Part shown: in pieces, positions 19,852 through 29,846 of the stretch
Numbering within the stretch: position 1 is the first letter of the stretch
Layout of the letters: each line of letters starts with the position of its first letter
Origin: Abditibacterium sp.
Lineage (GTDB): Bacteria; Armatimonadota; Abditibacteriia; Abditibacteriales; Abditibacteriaceae
Length of the DNA: 64,000 bases
Direction of reading: 5' to 3'
NCBI GenBank assembly: GCA_965199495.1
Contig: CBDASK010000003.1
Span: 2,656,001 to 2,720,000, forward strand
Position numbers and translations under genes: made by a program
Notes under the pieces: generated by a model
Seen by the model: only the letters and a program-made list of their open reading frames with translations
What the model was told of the DNA's origin: nothing
The model's database searches: none

Positions 19852-21788
19852 TTCTGTGCTTTTGAGTTCTGCGCTTCGCACCAACTCATTACTTCGACAA
19901 ACCGATAATTTTCCAGCGTGGCGAACAGTTCGTGTTTGGGCAACTTCGCGCGCGAGACGGCGGGCGAGGTTAAGCCGCACAGAAAGCGCGCCATCTGGCG
20001 CGGCGTGGCTAACGCTTGCGGATGAGAGTCGCGCAGACGCGCCAAAGTCTCGGCGTCAACGCGCGATTCCAGATTCGGCAATTCGCGCGCGGGGGGCAAA
20101 ATCGCGGCTTCTTGCGTCACGCAAAACGAGCAATGGCCGCACGGTTCGGGCCGTTTTTCGCCGAAATAGCGCACCAAAGCATTGGTCTGGCAACCTTGGT
20201 ATTCAACCAATTTCAGCACGTCGCCGACGCGTTTGATTTCGGCTTTTTCGCGCAACGCGAAGCGTTGCTGCAAGTCAGCCACGAGCGCATCGGCATCTTC
20301 TTCGTCGCGCAATCGCGTGTAACGTTGGCGCGCGTCGGCGGCGCGCACCTGGGCGACATTTTTCTGTTCCAACATTTCCATCGCGCGCACGATGCTTTCG
20401 CGCGAACAGCCCAATTTTTCCATCGCCTCGTCGGGATCGATTTTGAGCCAGATGCGGCCACGTTTGGCGGTTGCGAACAAATCGCGCAAAAATCGGCTCG
20501 CTTTTTCGCCAAACGCCGCGTAAATCGCGTTCAAACTTTCGTGGGGCCGCACTTCGTAACCGGCGTAATAAGGCGTGCCCTGCTTCAAAACGCCGCCTAA
20601 TTCCAGATAGGTTAGCGCCGTACGCATCACGAGGGAACGCAAATCGTGGCGCGTGCTCATGTCGTAATCTTTGATGGAAAATTCCGGCCCCAGCGACAAA
20701 ATCTCTTCGACAAAGCCGTGCAGACTTTCGGGCGTTGGCGTGTCGCCATAAACGAAGTTTTCTAAGGTCGGCACGTCGTCGGGACAGGCCAACATTTCGA
20801 CGACCGACGGCTCATTGTCGCGTCCGGCGCGCCCGATTTCCTGGCTGTAATTTTCCAGACCTTTGGGCAGATTAAAATGGTAGACGTAACGCACATCGGC
20901 CTTGTCAATGCCCATACCAAAGGCAATGGTCGCGACGACGATGCGCTCGCCCGCCATCCACCATTCCTGCGTCGTGCTGCGGTCAAGCGCCTCCATGCCC
21001 GCATGATAGGGCCGCGCTTCGATGCCGTTTTGATTGAGAAAATTGGAGACGGCGTGCGCGGTTTTTTGCAGCGTCACATAAATAATCGTCGCGCCCGTGC
21101 GCCGGTTTTGCAAACGTTTCAGCAAAACTTCCAGGCGCCGATTATCGGGCACCGGTGTCAGGCACAAACGCAAATTGGCGCGATAAAACCCGGTATTAAT
21201 AGCGGCGCCGTCTTCGATTTCAAAGCTCTGACAAATAGATTTCGCGACCTTGGGCGTCGCCGTGGCTGTTAAGGCCAAGATGCGCGGCACGTTCAATTCG
21301 CGCGCGAACTGCGCTAATTTTAAGTAATCGGGCCGAAAGTTATGGCCCCATTCCGAAATGCAATGAGCCTCGTCAACCGCGAATAACGACAGGTTGGCGC
21401 GCGCAATCATATCGCGAAACCGTTCGTTGTTGAAACGTTCGGGCGCCACATAAAGCAATTTGAGTTCGCCATTACGCAAGTCGTCGTTGACTTGTTTGGT
21501 CTGCTCGAAATCGAGAGTCGAATCCAAACTCGCCGCTTTAATTCCTTTGCTTCGCAAAAAGTCAATCTGATCTTTCATCAGCGCAATTAAAGGCGAAACG
21601 ACCAAAGTCGTGCCTTCGAGCGCGAGCGCGGGCAATTGGTAACACAATGATTTGCCGCCGCCCGTGGGAAAAACCGCGAGTGCCCGCCCGCTGCCATTGA
21701 TGAGTTCGTTGATGACCGCTTCCTGACCGGGCCGAAACTGCGAAAAACCGAAATTCTCTTCGAGCAGGGCGCAAAGGTCGGTGGACAT
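19842..21788 (-). CDS. recQ: RecQ-family ATP-dependent DNA helicase
   Basis: PTGGGKSLCYQLP, DEAHCISEWGHNFRP, QEIGRAGRD and Zn-binding CGHCSFC motifs. Confidence 0.92.
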   Translation of the reverse strand: MSTDLCALLEENFGFSQFRPGQEAVINELINGSGRALAVFPTGGGKSLCYQLPALALEGTTLVVSPLIALMKDQIDFLRSKGIKAASLDSTLDFEQTKQVNDDLRNGELKLLYVAPERFNNERFRDMIARANLSLFAVDEAHCISEWGHNFRPDYLKLAQFARELNVPRILALTATATPKVAKSICQSFEIEDGAAINTGFYRANLRLCLTPVPDNRRLEVLLKRLQNRRTGATIIYVTLQKTAHAVSNFLNQNGIEARPYHAGMEALDRSTTQEWWMAGERIVVATIAFGMGIDKADVRYVYHFNLPKGLENYSQEIGRAGRDNEPSVVEMLACPDDVPTLENFVYGDTPTPESLHGFVEEILSLGPEFSIKDYDMSTRHDLRSLVMRTALTYLELGGVLKQGTPYYAGYEVRPHESLNAIYAAFGEKASRFLRDLFATAKRGRIWLKIDPDEAMEKLGCSRESIVRAMEMLEQKNVAQVRAADARQRYTRLRDEEDADALVADLQQRFALREKAEIKRVGDVLKLVEYQGCQTNALVRYFGEKRPEPCGHCSFCVTQEAAILPPARELPNLESRVDAETLARLRDSHPQALATPRQMARFLCGLTSPAVSRAKLPKHELFATLENYRFVEVMSWCEAQNSKAQNHL

Positions 21789-21871
21789 ACCGTAAAGTGT
21801 AATGGATGAACGGTGGCGCGTTGAAATTGGGGCGATTTCAACGCGTTTTTGTTATTCGAGTTTTCGCCCAC

Positions 21872-22100
21872 TGGCGTGGATTTAAGTTGGAAGCAACTCT
21901 GACTCTGACTCACACCCCCACTGCCTTCGGCATCTCCCCCTCCGAGAGGGGAAGAATGCCTCAGACGTTTCGGATCTTTCTTAGTCAATACGAAGCAGCA
22001 AAGGTAACAGAGGCATTCTTCCCCTCTCGGAGGGGGAGATGCCGAAGGCAGTGGGGGTGTGAGTCAGAGTCAGAGTTGCTTCCAACTTAAATCCACGCCA
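21872..22100. repeat. Intergenic long inverted repeat, family C, copy 2
   Basis: Perfect 91-bp arms 21872-21962 and 22010-22100. Confidence 0.97.
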
Positions 22101-22145
22101 TTTTTAGGCGCAAGCCCCGCTACAAGCGATGCGCACAAATCAAAC

Positions 22146-23612
22146 TTACTCCGTCGCTTTTTCCTTAACACCCGCATCCGCCCGCTTATCGAAATAATCC
22201 GCCACGCGATAAATCCGCTCGTTGGTCTCTTTCACTACATCGAGCATCGGCGTATAAGGCTGATAATTCACGTCCAAAATGCCTTTGTTCGAGTCGGTAT
22301 GACTCGCGTCGCCCGGATTGGCCGGATCGTTATCCATATATTTGAACCAGTGCCAGCCCACGCAATTGCGGTTTTCCAGCAGACCAATGGCGAACTGCTC
22401 GTAGAACAAACCTCGGTCGTGCTGCGTGCGCACCGTCCAACCGGCCCCCGACGTGTTGGTCATGCCGGTGTCTGCGCCCTTGGTATAGAACTCCGAAACC
22501 AAAAACGGTTTGTCAGCGCTGCCCGCCCAATTGTTCATGCGCTCCTGCCGTGGCTCCCAGTTGCCGTAATAATTGATGCTGACGACATCGAGATATTTAC
22601 CCGCCGCCGCCATCAACTGTGGCTGATCCATTACGTTGGAATGGAAGCGCGTGCCCAAATACATATGGTTCGGATCGTATTTTTTGATCGCCTTCGAGAC
22701 AATCGAAAAATAACGGTCGGCGACGAAAGCCAGAAATTCGTCGCGGTCGGCATCGCTGATGTCTGTGGTCTTGGCTGTGGCGCCGTGCTTTTGGTGCAGC
22801 CACGCCGTCGCGGCTTGGTGGCCCGGATCGGTCGGTTCGAGCGACAAATAATCGTCAATCGCGCTTTTGTAGAGCGGCAATTCGTTATCGGAAAAATATC
22901 CGAGAAGATACGGATCGTTCTTCGCCTGTGCGAGTTGTTTGGCCTGCTCGTCGCAATACGTCATGAAATCTGGATCGAAAGCCAGAATGGCGTCGGCGGG
23001 ATACGTCGTTTTGCGGCCTTTCACTTTGCTACGCAATGGGCGGCTGTTTTTGTAGCTGCCCATCAAATTCAAGCGTGGCGCGAACGGCAAGCGGTCGGGC
23101 GCTTTCATTAAAGTGTCATCGTCCGACCAACAGCCAGTGCTGTTAAATCCGGCCTCGCGCAATAATTGCGCGGTTTGCTCGGCCCAATTTTGTGGCTCGC
23201 CACCAAACTTGGTCGCGAACGCCGTTTTCGATGTCGCCGAATCGGATGGCGTGACGGTGTTAACGCCACGATTGATGAAGCCATTGCCATCGGGGTCTAC
23301 CATCCACCAACGGCCATCGGCGGCTTTTTGCGCGTGGAAAAACCCGGTTTTGGTCATTATCTGCGATTTCAATCCACCATATTTGTCCAAATTGGTATCA
23401 ACGGGCGCGGCATCGAAGCCGGGCAAATCGGCGAGCAAACGCACGGTTTCAAAGCGCCATTTGGTCGAACGCCACGGCACGGTTTCGACGGTTTGCAACG
23501 GCTTGGCGGGCGCATCGGCAACAGCAGCCACGGCGACGGGCACGGCCTGTTGAGCAATGCAAGCCGTGGCGATAATTGGGAGTAGGGCGGGGATGAGAAA
23601 CAATGGTTTCAT
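22146..23612 (-). CDS. Secreted glycoside hydrolase, GH50/agarase-like clan GH-A; substrate unknown
   Basis: Signal peptide; TGFF..GRWWMVDPDG, NDPYLLGYFSDNEL, YDPNHMYLGTRF, LVSEF and VGWHWFKY motifs. Confidence 0.75.
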   Translation of the reverse strand: MKPLFLIPALLPIIATACIAQQAVPVAVAAVADAPAKPLQTVETVPWRSTKWRFETVRLLADLPGFDAAPVDTNLDKYGGLKSQIMTKTGFFHAQKAADGRWWMVDPDGNGFINRGVNTVTPSDSATSKTAFATKFGGEPQNWAEQTAQLLREAGFNSTGCWSDDDTLMKAPDRLPFAPRLNLMGSYKNSRPLRSKVKGRKTTYPADAILAFDPDFMTYCDEQAKQLAQAKNDPYLLGYFSDNELPLYKSAIDDYLSLEPTDPGHQAATAWLHQKHGATAKTTDISDADRDEFLAFVADRYFSIVSKAIKKYDPNHMYLGTRFHSNVMDQPQLMAAAGKYLDVVSINYYGNWEPRQERMNNWAGSADKPFLVSEFYTKGADTGMTNTSGAGWTVRTQHDRGLFYEQFAIGLLENRNCVGWHWFKYMDNDPANPGDASHTDSNKGILDVNYQPYTPMLDVVKETNERIYRVADYFDKRADAGVKEKATE

Positions 23613-23631
23613 TGGGTTTTGATTTGTGGGG

Positions 23632-23813
23632 GATGCGTATATTTTCCCTCACCCTAACCCTCTCCCGGAGGGAGAAGGAACACCTTTTCGGAAGATAGAA
23701 TTTCGTTCAACTTGCTTATGAAGTCAGTTCATCACAACTAAAACTCGCTCGAAAGTAGTTCCTTCTCCCTCCGGGAGAGGGTTAGGGTGAGGGTGAGGGA
23801 AAATATACGCATC
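23632..23813. repeat. Intergenic inverted repeat, family B (CCCTCACCC..CCCTCTCCC type), copy 1
   Basis: Arms 23632-23681 and 23758-23813, the right arm with an extra 6 bp; core shared with 54203-54390. Confidence 0.95.
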
Positions 23814-23822
23814 GAAAAACAA

Positions 23823-26282
23823 TTATTGTGTCGCGGGCGCAAGCGTCGGCTCGCCCTGAAGATAACCCAATTTGGCCAGAAACTCGTCGGTCAAACGCAA
23901 CGCGCGGTTGGCGTCTTTCTTGGCCGGGCGATAGGCGAAGCCGTGTCCGACGCCGCGAAACGTGACGAGTTCGACCGCGTTGCCCGCGTCTTTCATCGCT
24001 TGCTCGAACGCGACGGCGTTGGCGTAAGGCACGGTTTTATCGGCGGTGCCGTGAAACACAATCGTGGGCGGATCGCCGGGTTTTACGTTTTGTAAGGGCG
24101 AGATAGATTGCCATTTCGGCCCGACGCGCTCGTTGCCATAACCAGACGGTGACAGGTCAATCACCGGATTATAGAGAATTAAAGCATCGGGCCTTGATGA
24201 GACTTTCGCGTTCTCGGTTGGCTCGTCGAAACTGGGGATAATCGCCGCCGTGGCTGCAATGTGGCCGCCCGCCGAACTGCCCGCCGCCGCGATGCGATTC
24301 GGGTCTATCCCCAAAGTCGCCGCGTTTTCGCGCACCCAGCGAATCGCCGATTTCGCGTCGGTCACGGCCTCGAATGGCGTCGTTTTCGCGCTGTTTTTGG
24401 TGCGATAACTCGGCACAAACGCTTCCATGCCGCGCGAGGCCAGATAAGTTGCGTGCGCGAAAAACAAATCGGGCGAGCCGCTGCTCCAGCCGCCGCCGTA
24501 AAACAAGACAATCGCCGGAGTTTTGTCGCCCACTTTGTGCCCGCTCGGCTCAAAAACGTTCATTTCTAAATCCATCGGCTGGCCAGCCGCGTCCACGGTT
24601 TTTTTATAAACCACGGTGCGCGTCGGTTTGCCGTCCTGCGCGGCGTCTCCCGCGTCGGGCGCGTCCAAAGCGGCGTCCGTAACTGCGGTTTTTGCTTCGC
24701 CAACGCCGGGCGTATCGGGAACGTTATTGTCAATCATCGTTGGATTTGAGGCGAGTGGCGCATCGTCAGTGCGAAAGGGCGCGGCGGGCAAATCCGCGCT
24801 ATTAACCAAATTGCCAATCGGATTGCTCGCCCAATCGTAACGCGCCTGCGTCGGTGCAGCCACGGCGGGGCTGGACAGAATTATATCGTCGCCATCAACG
24901 TGGGCGTTGGCCCACGAAAACTCATCGTCGGCGCCCGCGATGGCGAAACCTTTCAAATCGCCGCCTTTGGCTTTCATGCCCGCCGCGTGCGTGAAGTTCA
25001 GACGTAACGCGCCGCCCTCAACTTTCATATTTTGATATTGCGGCCCGGAATACTCGATTTTTTCGCTATATTGCTGGTTCAGCGCGACTAATGCCAGACG
25101 GCGCCCGACTTCTTGTTTGTTGGAATAATGAATCTCTTTGGCCTCGCCCAAATCAATAGCCACGGCGCGCCCAGTCTTGGGCAACGCCAGCGCTTTGTCC
25201 TGCGCCGCGCGGATGTCCTGCCAACCGTCGGCTTCAACCGGCTGCGTTTGCTGCGTCCGAAAATTCGCCAGTTGCACGTAATAAAACGGCAAATCATCGC
25301 CAAAATCGCGGCGCCAGCCTTGAATCAGCGCGGGGAACAATTTGCCATAAAGTGCCGCATCGTGGTCGGATTCGCCCTGATACCAAATCACGCCGCGCAC
25401 CGCGAATGGAGTAAGGGGTGCGATCATGCCGTTGTAAAGTCCCGATGGCCTCTGTTTAGTGCCCGGCCCGGCGGGCGCGTAGGGTTTTTGTGGCTCGGTT
25501 TTCCCCGCTTTTTTGGCGGCGTCCGCGCGCTCCTGCCAGCGCGCAAGTTGCTCGTCGTATTTTTTCGTCGCTTCGGGATAACCATCCAAAGTTTTTTGCC
25601 ACTCTTGGTTGATCAATTGCAAGTCGGCATCAGTCGCCAAAGTCTGCGCGGGCGTCCACGATTGCGCGGGCGTGCCGCCATACGACGCGTGAATAATTCC
25701 AATCGGCACATTCAATTTGTTATACAAATCGCGCGCGAAATAATAGCCGACGGCGCTAAATTGGTCAACGGTCGCGGGAACGGCTTCGACCCAATCGCCT
25801 TTGAGTTGCGTTTGCGGCGTTTGGGCTATATTGCGCGCCACGCGAAACTGGCGGATGAGCGGATAATGCGCGTCGGCGATTTCTTGGTCAGCGTTAAGCG
25901 TGCGTGGCACGCGCAGTTCCATATTCGACTGCCCCGACGCGACCCAGACTTCGCCAACCGCGACATCTTGGATCGTGAGTTTATTTTTCCCCTGAACCGT
26001 CATTTGCAAACCCGAAGCGGCTTCGAGCGCGGGCAATTTCACGCTCCATTTGCCATCGGGGCCAGTCGTGGCGCTCCCTGTGGCTGCACCCAGCGTAACG
26101 GTGACTTTTTCGCCCGCATCGGCCATTCCCCAGACCGGAATCGCCATTTGACGTTGCACGATCAATCCATCGCTCCACAACGCCGACAGCTTTACATCGG
26201 CGCGCGCTGGGATTGTGACGGCGAGCGCGCACGAAGCGAGCATGGCGGTTGACAAGACAATGCGATTATGAAGAGATTTCAT
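23823..26282 (-). CDS. Secreted fusion: sialate O-acetylesterase (SASA/DUF303) plus a C-terminal alpha/beta-hydrolase esterase
   Basis: GEVWVASGQSNM, GVIWYQGES and EIHYSNK motifs, then YGGGW, GSSAGG, HGTADKTV and GVGHGF. Confidence 0.88.
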   Translation of the reverse strand: MKSLHNRIVLSTAMLASCALAVTIPARADVKLSALWSDGLIVQRQMAIPVWGMADAGEKVTVTLGAATGSATTGPDGKWSVKLPALEAASGLQMTVQGKNKLTIQDVAVGEVWVASGQSNMELRVPRTLNADQEIADAHYPLIRQFRVARNIAQTPQTQLKGDWVEAVPATVDQFSAVGYYFARDLYNKLNVPIGIIHASYGGTPAQSWTPAQTLATDADLQLINQEWQKTLDGYPEATKKYDEQLARWQERADAAKKAGKTEPQKPYAPAGPGTKQRPSGLYNGMIAPLTPFAVRGVIWYQGESDHDAALYGKLFPALIQGWRRDFGDDLPFYYVQLANFRTQQTQPVEADGWQDIRAAQDKALALPKTGRAVAIDLGEAKEIHYSNKQEVGRRLALVALNQQYSEKIEYSGPQYQNMKVEGGALRLNFTHAAGMKAKGGDLKGFAIAGADDEFSWANAHVDGDDIILSSPAVAAPTQARYDWASNPIGNLVNSADLPAAPFRTDDAPLASNPTMIDNNVPDTPGVGEAKTAVTDAALDAPDAGDAAQDGKPTRTVVYKKTVDAAGQPMDLEMNVFEPSGHKVGDKTPAIVLFYGGGWSSGSPDLFFAHATYLASRGMEAFVPSYRTKNSAKTTPFEAVTDAKSAIRWVRENAATLGIDPNRIAAAGSSAGGHIAATAAIIPSFDEPTENAKVSSRPDALILYNPVIDLSPSGYGNERVGPKWQSISPLQNVKPGDPPTIVFHGTADKTVPYANAVAFEQAMKDAGNAVELVTFRGVGHGFAYRPAKKDANRALRLTDEFLAKLGYLQGEPTLAPATQ

Positions 26283-26466
26283 GGGAAGGTTAGAAATGAG
26301 ACCAACATTCGTGTTGCTTGATTTGTAGTTAGCGAGCGACTGTGCCCAACGCGATTTTTTGCATTTACAACTTAAAAGGAGGGCGCAGCAAACATGAGAA
26401 TGTTTTGCGAAACGCGGAGAAGCGACCCTATTCGCAGCTCATTCAACCAGCGCCAGAGCGCTTTAT

Positions 26467-26524
26467 TATACCGGTATAGCAGCGAGTTTTTAATTATACC
26501 CGGCTTGGAAGGATTTCAAACATT
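26467..26524 (-). promoter_or_regulatory. Putative promoter (TATAAT) plus LacI-type operator TATACCGGTATA upstream of the esterase fusion gene
   Basis: Perfect 12-bp palindrome at 26467-26478; the block at 26492-26524 recurs at 27689-27721. Confidence 0.65.
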
Positions 26525-26553
26525 TACTGGAAAAAAGCGAAATTTGGGGCAAT

Positions 26554-27630
26554 TTATTGAATCGAGGTCGCCGCCGTGGCTGGTGTTGCGCTGCTCTGGC
26601 GCGCGATAAGTTGGCCGCACGCGGTGAAATTACGCGGCGCTCCATCGTATTCTCCGCTCAGGCGGCTGAGCAAAAATTGAGAGGCTCGTTCGGCAATAAT
26701 TCCCGACGGATGCGAGACGGTCGAGAGCGGGACGCGCGCGAATTGGCTCATGGAGTGGTCGTCGTGGCCGACGACGCTGACATCATCGGGACAACGCAAA
26801 CCGGCGCGATCCAGTTCGTTGATAAACACCATCGCGGCGTAATCGTTGACGATGCACAGCGCCGTGGGCCGGTCGCGCAGCGCCAAATACTGCGCGGCCA
26901 AAATGCGTCCGCCCTCAGCGTAATCGCGCGCACTGCGCGCTTCGAGCAGCCACGCCGGATTCAACGTCGCGCTCGCTTCTTCGATGGCGCGGCGAAATCC
27001 AACGACGCGCGGCCCGTCGGTGCGCACGAAACCGTGATCGGCGTAACCCAAATCGCGATGGCCCAAATCGGTCAAATGCTTGGCGGCCTGATAGGTATTG
27101 TTCACGCGGTCGAATAATACGGTGTCGCACTCCAAATCGGTGGGGTAATCGTAGGAAACCAGAATGCCGCCCTCGTCTTGATAGCGCCGCAGTTCGAGCA
27201 AGGCTTTGGGCTGCAAACCGCTGGTGAAGCAGATCAATCCGCGCGGCCTCTGGCGCCGAATCGAAGCGATGGCGCCCGCCTGCACGTCCTCGTTATAATG
27301 GTCGTGCAAACCAATTCCGTAAATCGGCACATCGAATCCGTTTCGGTTGAGCGCGCTTTGAATCAATTGGATTTTTTGGGTGCCCACGCCAAAATCGAAC
27401 CATAAACTAAATAATCCAATCGTGTTATTCGAGCGCCCGTTGGACAGGTTTTGCGCGTGTGGATTGGGTTCGTAACCTAACTGCGCCGCCGCTTCCATCA
27501 CGAGTTTGCGCGTCTTGTCCGAAACGCGTCCCGTGTTATTGAGCGCAAACGAAACCGTCATTTTGCTCACGCCCGCCGCACGAGCTACGTCGGACATCGT
27601 CGTTTGGCCATTTTTTCGTGTTGTTTCCAT
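26554..27630 (-). CDS. LacI-family transcriptional regulator
   Basis: TMSDVARAAGVSKMTVSFALN HTH, YEPNPHAQNL hinge and DDVSVVGHDD motif; likely ATG at 27630. Confidence 0.93.
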   Translation of the reverse strand: METTRKNGQTTMSDVARAAGVSKMTVSFALNNTGRVSDKTRKLVMEAAAQLGYEPNPHAQNLSNGRSNNTIGLFSLWFDFGVGTQKIQLIQSALNRNGFDVPIYGIGLHDHYNEDVQAGAIASIRRQRPRGLICFTSGLQPKALLELRRYQDEGGILVSYDYPTDLECDTVLFDRVNNTYQAAKHLTDLGHRDLGYADHGFVRTDGPRVVGFRRAIEEASATLNPAWLLEARSARDYAEGGRILAAQYLALRDRPTALCIVNDYAAMVFINELDRAGLRCPDDVSVVGHDDHSMSQFARVPLSTVSHPSGIIAERASQFLLSRLSGEYDGAPRNFTACGQLIARQSSATPATAATSIQ

Positions 27631-27661
27631 AACGCCAATTATCTCTAAATTTTCAACTTGG

Positions 27662-27721
27662 TTTACCGGTATATCTAATTTCTTTCTCAATTATACCCGG
27701 ATTAAGTAGATTTTAAACATT
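27662..27721 (-). promoter_or_regulatory. Putative promoter plus operator (TTTACCGGTATA) upstream of the LacI gene (autoregulation)
   Basis: Same arrangement and near-identical sequence as 26467-26524. Confidence 0.65.
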
Positions 27722-27760
27722 GATGTAAAATCACTGCTTCGGTTCACTCGTGCCTAACGT

Positions 27761-28906
27761 TCACCTTAAATTTGCGGAAATCAACCCCGTAAAGCCGGTC
27801 TGGGTTTCGCGCCCAAAAAATTGGCGGTCGGCGAAATCGAGCAGGGTGCGCCAATCGTCGTCGTCAAACAAATGTTTGCCTTCGCGAAAGTGTAGGCCGA
27901 TGTGGTCGGGCACGCCCAAAAAATCGAAGGTCGCGCGGCTCGCCCGGAAAGTCTGGTCGGCGGCCTCAACGTTGGAATAAGGATCGTCGAACGCGTTGAG
28001 CAACAGCAGATTGCGCGGCGCAATCAATGCTAACAAATAATTTTGATCGAACGGCAGTTGCGCTTCGCGCCCGGCGAACGATTTCAGGCGCGGCCCAAAC
28101 CAATAATTGAAACGATTTGTCGCCTGTTCCAAACTTTCGCTATGTTTGCCCTGCAAACGAAACGGCGCCGCGCCACCCGTGCCCGATTGCGCGCCGACAG
28201 TTAAAGCGATGCGCCGGTCGTAAGCGCCCGCGACCAGCGCCGCTTTGCCGCCGCGCGAGTGTCCGACGACAATAATTTTATCAGCAGCCACGTCGGGCCG
28301 CGTCGTCAAGTAATCAATGACGCGCGCGTATCCCCATGCCCAACCGCCCAGCGTGCCGCAATCGGTATCGGGATAAATCGTGGTAATGCCGCCCTTGCGC
28401 GAATCGTCGTCGGGCGCGAACGCCGCACGGTCGAAGCGCGCCACGATAGTGCCGCGTTTGCTGATTTCTTCGGGAATTGCGAGCGGCAACGCGTCGCCAG
28501 TGAGAACCACCGGAAACGCGCCGGTTTGGTTTTTCGGAATCCGCAAATCGAGCGCGAATTGAATCGCGTTACCGGCGCCGCAGCTTAAAGTTATGCGTTG
28601 GCAATGCGCGCCATTTTCGTCGGGCAAATCTTCGGTTTTGATGACGCGCACGTTTGCGGCGGGCGGCAGATGGCCGTATTCATAAAACGCCAAAATCGTC
28701 TTGATTTCGTCGCGGCGCGTGGCCCATTGGCCCGGCGTGGCTACACGCTGGCCGTTGGGCAAAACGAACGGATCGGGCAACGTCTCGATATTCGGAATCA
28801 TGGGAGCGTTGGCTGTGGCTTGCTGAGCTTTCGATAGCGAACATCCGAAAATCGCCATCGAAAGTAGCGCGCCAAAAGCGAGAATAGGAGCCTCATAAAT
28901 CCGCAT
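27761..28906 (-). CDS. CE15 glucuronoyl esterase-like protein, possible lipoprotein
   Basis: LPDPF..NG, WAWG and VVGHSRGGKAAL (CE15 G-x-S-R-x-G-K) motifs; AIFGC lipobox-like. Confidence 0.82.
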   Translation of the reverse strand: MRIYEAPILAFGALLSMAIFGCSLSKAQQATANAPMIPNIETLPDPFVLPNGQRVATPGQWATRRDEIKTILAFYEYGHLPPAANVRVIKTEDLPDENGAHCQRITLSCGAGNAIQFALDLRIPKNQTGAFPVVLTGDALPLAIPEEISKRGTIVARFDRAAFAPDDDSRKGGITTIYPDTDCGTLGGWAWGYARVIDYLTTRPDVAADKIIVVGHSRGGKAALVAGAYDRRIALTVGAQSGTGGAAPFRLQGKHSESLEQATNRFNYWFGPRLKSFAGREAQLPFDQNYLLALIAPRNLLLLNAFDDPYSNVEAADQTFRASRATFDFLGVPDHIGLHFREGKHLFDDDDWRTLLDFADRQFFGRETQTGFTGLISANLR

Positions 28907-28918
28907 TGGGAATTGATT

Positions 28919-29350
28919 TTATTTGCTCGCGCCCGCGACGGCGATAACGAGCGCGCCAATCGTCATTAAACTCGCGCCGAAAATCGTTGGGCCGTTGACC
29001 TTATCTTGCAGAAATAAGACGGCGAACACAATCGCGAATACCAACGACAACCGGTCAACTGGCGCCACGCGCGAAACGTCGCCCGCTTTAATGGCGGCGA
29101 AATAAGCCAGATAAGCGCACGTCGTAATCACGCCCGATAAAATCAGCCAGCCCCACGCTTTGGGTTCGATTTCCGAAAGTTGTCGGCTTTTGCCACTCAC
29201 GCCAACGTAACCCCAGGTCAAAAGCAGAATAACCACCGATTGAATGGCGAAACCGACGTTGGAATCGACGTTTTTAAGTCCGATCTTAGAAACAGTAGCC
29301 GTCACTCCAGCGAAGAAAGCCGAGAGCAGAGAAAGGATAATCCAATTCAT
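28919..29350 (-). CDS. EamA/DMT-family small transporter
   Basis: Five TM segments; KIGLKNVDSN and GDVSRVAPVDRLS motifs. Confidence 0.88.
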   Translation of the reverse strand: MNWIILSLLSAFFAGVTATVSKIGLKNVDSNVGFAIQSVVILLLTWGYVGVSGKSRQLSEIEPKAWGWLILSGVITTCAYLAYFAAIKAGDVSRVAPVDRLSLVFAIVFAVLFLQDKVNGPTIFGASLMTIGALVIAVAGASK

Positions 29351-29461
29351 TTTGGCAACTTACGGCAAATTTGGGAGCGAATTTGATGAGTTGACACAAA
29401 ACGCCACGTTGTTTAAATAAAAGTGTATTGCGGTATGATTTCTGCCAATAAACCGGGCGTT

Positions 29462-29704
29462 ATGAATCCCGATCCGACCAAAGCAACCAACACGCAAGAT
29501 ACCGGCACCGACGGCCTGAAATTCGATTTGCCGCCCGGTCAAACGCCCGGCGAAGGTCTGGGCACCGGCCAAACCGGCATGAAAAATTTCAACGCCGACG
29601 AGCCAAAGAAAGAAGCCGACGAGTCCGACTGGAACGCAGCCACGGGCGACGGACAAAAGAGCGAAGAAGTCTCAACGCGCGATCAAGACAACTCGACGGT
29701 TTAA
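29462..29704 (+). CDS. Small acidic hydrophilic hypothetical protein
   Basis: ATG at 29462, host-like codon usage, followed directly by a terminator. Confidence 0.65.
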   Translation: MNPDPTKATNTQDTGTDGLKFDLPPGQTPGEGLGTGQTGMKNFNADEPKKEADESDWNAATGDGQKSEEVSTRDQDNSTV

Positions 29705-29707
29705 AGG

Positions 29708-29746
29708 AAAAAGCGCGGATGCCGTGAAAAGCATCCGCGCTTTTTT
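29708..29746. terminator. Rho-independent terminator, possibly bidirectional
   Basis: AAAAAGCGCGGATGC-loop-GCATCCGCGCTTTTTT between convergent genes. Confidence 0.85.
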
Positions 29747-29846
29747 GTGTGAATCTCAATCGAGAACCATTGGTGGAGAACGGCGGACAACAAAGCAACA
29801 TCAGTCTTCCTTAGCCGCAACACTTCGAAAATATGCGAACGAAATT

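Noticed and set aside
22059..26252. Long plus-strand ORFs (22059-23111, 25113-26252) and similar ones at 48164-49715
   Set aside because: They are antisense shadows of well-supported genes, expected in GC-rich DNA, and show no recognisable motifs.
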